Shown piece after piece: positions 32,198-34,622 of a stretch of 34,622 nucleotides of DNA. The notes beneath the pieces were generated by a model that made no database searches, was not told where the DNA came from, and was given only the letters and a program-made list of their open reading frames with translations. The stretch's first letter is position 1, and the number at the start of each line of letters is the position of its first letter. The DNA is from Chiloscyllium plagiosum (lineage: Eukaryota), in assembly GCF_004010195.1 (NCBI RefSeq), contig NC_057718.1:72005271-72039892 (forward strand). Direction: 5' to 3'. The position numbers and the translations under genes are program-made.

Positions 32198-32969
32198 ATG
32201 CCTAAAAAGGGAGGAGGAGCATCTGAGGCCTGCAGCTCAGTCTGCAGCAGCCTCGGAGCCGATTACTCTCCAGGACCTGGTGAGCCAGCTTTTGAAATCT
32301 CGCGAGATGTTGGGGAAACAGATTGAAGAGAAGTTGGCTCCAGTCTCTCTCTCGCTGCAGAAGCATGAGCAGCAGCTGGGAGACCTGGAGAAGAGGACGG
32401 ATGAGATGGAGCACAGAGTCACAGTAGTGGAAGCTGATGCTAGTTCATTCAAGGAAGAGATCCAAGCCCTGAAGACGCAGGTTCATAATTTGCGTGACCA
32501 AGTGGATGATCTTGAAAACAGGGGCAGGAGAAAAAACATTCGGATCATCGGTCTGCCCGAGGGTAAGGAAGGTGAGCGGCCTGCGGAATTTGTTGAAGAT
32601 TGGCTTCTGAAATTCCTCGACTTGGAGACTGACACGAGAGGATTGAAGATAAAGAGGGCTCACCGGGTCGCAGCACGGAGGTCGGGTCTGGGTCAATGCC
32701 CTCGTCCTTTCCTGATGCGGTTCCATCATTACCGGGATAAGGAGAGAGTCATGGAGGCTTCCAGATTCCAGGGGAAGGATCCAAAGGCCCTAATTTACGA
32801 GGGGTCTAAGATCATGTTTTTTCAGGACTTTTCAGCGGCGGTGATCCAGAAACGAAAGTCGTATGATGGTATCAAGAGAAGATTGAAGGAGCTTGGGATC
32901 ACCTTAGGATCCATGCATCTCTTTGACACATCAGAGAAGGCAAGAGACTTTGTGGACAAACTAACCTAA
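32198..32969 (+). pseudogene. L1 ORF1p (N-terminal frameshift, small C-terminal deletion)
   Basis: Coiled coil, 'DDLENRGRRKNIRIIGLPEG', 'IKRAHRV', 'PRPFLMRF', 'IMFFQDFS'. Confidence 0.92.
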
Positions 32970-33574
32970 CTTAAACAATTGTAGTATGTATAAATATTGT
33001 TGCTTGGGTATGTGTTTATCATTCTGTAAAAGAAATGGAGGAAATCCGGTTGGAGCTTTGTTTTTCCCCTTTTTTTTCCTCTATTGATGATAATTTGATT
33101 CAAACTATGTTTGGCAGTGGTTAAGATGTACGTTTTAAATTTCTAAGTTAGGACATACCAAAGGATGGGTAGGGTAATTATTCCTTTTTTTTATAAAAAA
33201 TGTTTTTTTATTTATATTGATATTCTATGGGATGTTTATTCTTTTTAGCTTGTGCTTACGATGCAGCTCTAGCTGGGAGAAGTGAAGATGGTTGAGATGG
33301 TTTGATGCCTATTTATGGGCAGTTCGGGACGGGTAGTTGCCCCTCCGGGCAGGCGGTAAGTTCCCCTACTCAGCGCTATTGGCGCTTTATATGTTGGTTT
33401 GTTTTCTGGTTTTTGTTGTTTTTTATTTTTAATAATTTTGTATGTTTGTTAAATGTAGTGGTTTTAGTTTATGTAGTTTTTATATTTGGTGGACCATGCA
33501 ACACTAAGGCTCAGCAATTTGTGGTTCGGGTTCCTCCTCTCTGGAATTTAAATGGAATTGCAGAAGATTTGATA

Positions 33575-34622
33575 ATTGCTAATGATTTGATTAAATGGTG
33601 TACCTGAAATATCAAGGGAAGTCACTCACCAATTAAGAGGAAGAAGGTACTCTTGAATCTTAGAAAGGAGAAGATGGATATTGCTTTGTTACAGGAGACA
33701 CATTTGGATGACAAGGAGCATCTGAAATTACAGCAGAATGGCTTTGACCGAGTTCATTTTTCATCATTTAATATCAGAAGTAGGGGAGTGGCTATATTGG
33801 GAAGAAAAAATCTCTCATTTAAATTGTTGGAATGTGTTAAAGACACATACGGGAGGTTTGTAATTCTTAAAGCCTTGATAAATGGGGAAGAATATGGCAT
33901 TTTAGATGTTTATCCCAGCTCATCCTCTTAAATTCTTGGTAGATGCTTTTTCTAAACTGATAAGTCTCAAGCCTCGGCACATCTTTATAGGGGGAGATTT
34001 TAACTGCCTCATGGACCCCACAATAGACAGGTTGCCTAAAGGTCCCTCGATACCCTCTGCACAAACTGAACAGTTATTGGGTTTGTGTGGGGAATTAAGA
34101 TTGGTGGACGTCTGGAGGTGTCTCCACCCTACAGGTAGGGATTTCACGTTTTTCTCCAATCCACACAGATGTCACACGAGGATTGATTTTTTTTCTGACC
34201 CCTGCGGTAACCCTGGATCTGGTGGCATCCTGTACGATTGGTAATATTGCCATCTCTGATCATGCTCCAGTGTACCTCATGGTTAAAATTAAGGATGTTA
34301 CAGTGGATTCAAGGTACTGGCGAATGGACCCCTTTATTGTCATGGACAGCAAGTTTGTGGAGTATTTCTCTAGGGAATTTCAGGCATTCCTAGACATCAA
34401 CATATGAGCTATCAACTGAGCCTCTGTTCTCTGGGAAACTGCCAAAGCTTATGCCAGAGGGTTAGTTATTTCATATTCCACCAATAGGAAGCGGCAGAAG
34501 GGTGAGCAGCAACGTCTCCTTGAAGCACGGTTGGAGGCAGCCAAGGAGGCCTATTTCAGACCCTCGTCGGTCAAACGACAGAGGATTACGGCACTGCGGT
34601 CTGCACTAAATTCCATGCTCAC
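33575..34622 (+). pseudogene. L1 ORF2 APE endonuclease, disrupted
   Basis: 'T*NIKG', 'IALLQETHL', 'SRGVAIL', 'GGDFN', 'TRIDFF', 'ISDHAPV'. Confidence 0.93.

Larger units (their letters stand above)
32016..34622 (+). mobile_element. L1-clade LINE (copy B), 5'-complete, runs off the window
   Basis: GGGGATCTGAGATGGCG start, ORF1, ~600-bp spacer, ORF2 endonuclease. Confidence 0.93.

Overview
Repeat-saturated vertebrate DNA with no recognisable intact host gene. HE1/V-SINE-type SINEs, CR1 (HER1-like) LINEs and Penelope elements point to an elasmobranch (shark-like) genome; this is inference. The window is a stack of nested retroelements. (1) A decayed L1 (848-4880) has lost its ORF2 EN/RT, and an internally deleted CR1 sits in their place. 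(2) Many CR1, L2 and Rex-Babar fragments and five tRNA-derived SINEs are scattered through it. (3) An 18.5 kb bloated endogenous retrovirus (12625-31167) splits a Rex-Babar LINE. It has both LTRs, a decayed 4-bp TSD, a tRNA-His-like PBS, a 3' PPT plus a near-identical central PPT, gag-MA, RNase H and integrase remnants, about 3.4 kb of unassigned cargo, and an env remnant whose TM resembles the internal-fusion-loop (filovirus/reptarenavirus/ASLV-like) class. (4) A three-deep CR1 nest inside the provirus includes one full-length CR1. (5) Six short Penelope-derived inserts with long TSDs carry full or partial minimal hammerhead-ribozyme motifs; three of them are palindromic, and a GIY-YIG Penelope fragment is their likely parent family. 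(6) A second L1 runs off the right end. All calls were made by eye, and boundaries of old elements are approximate.
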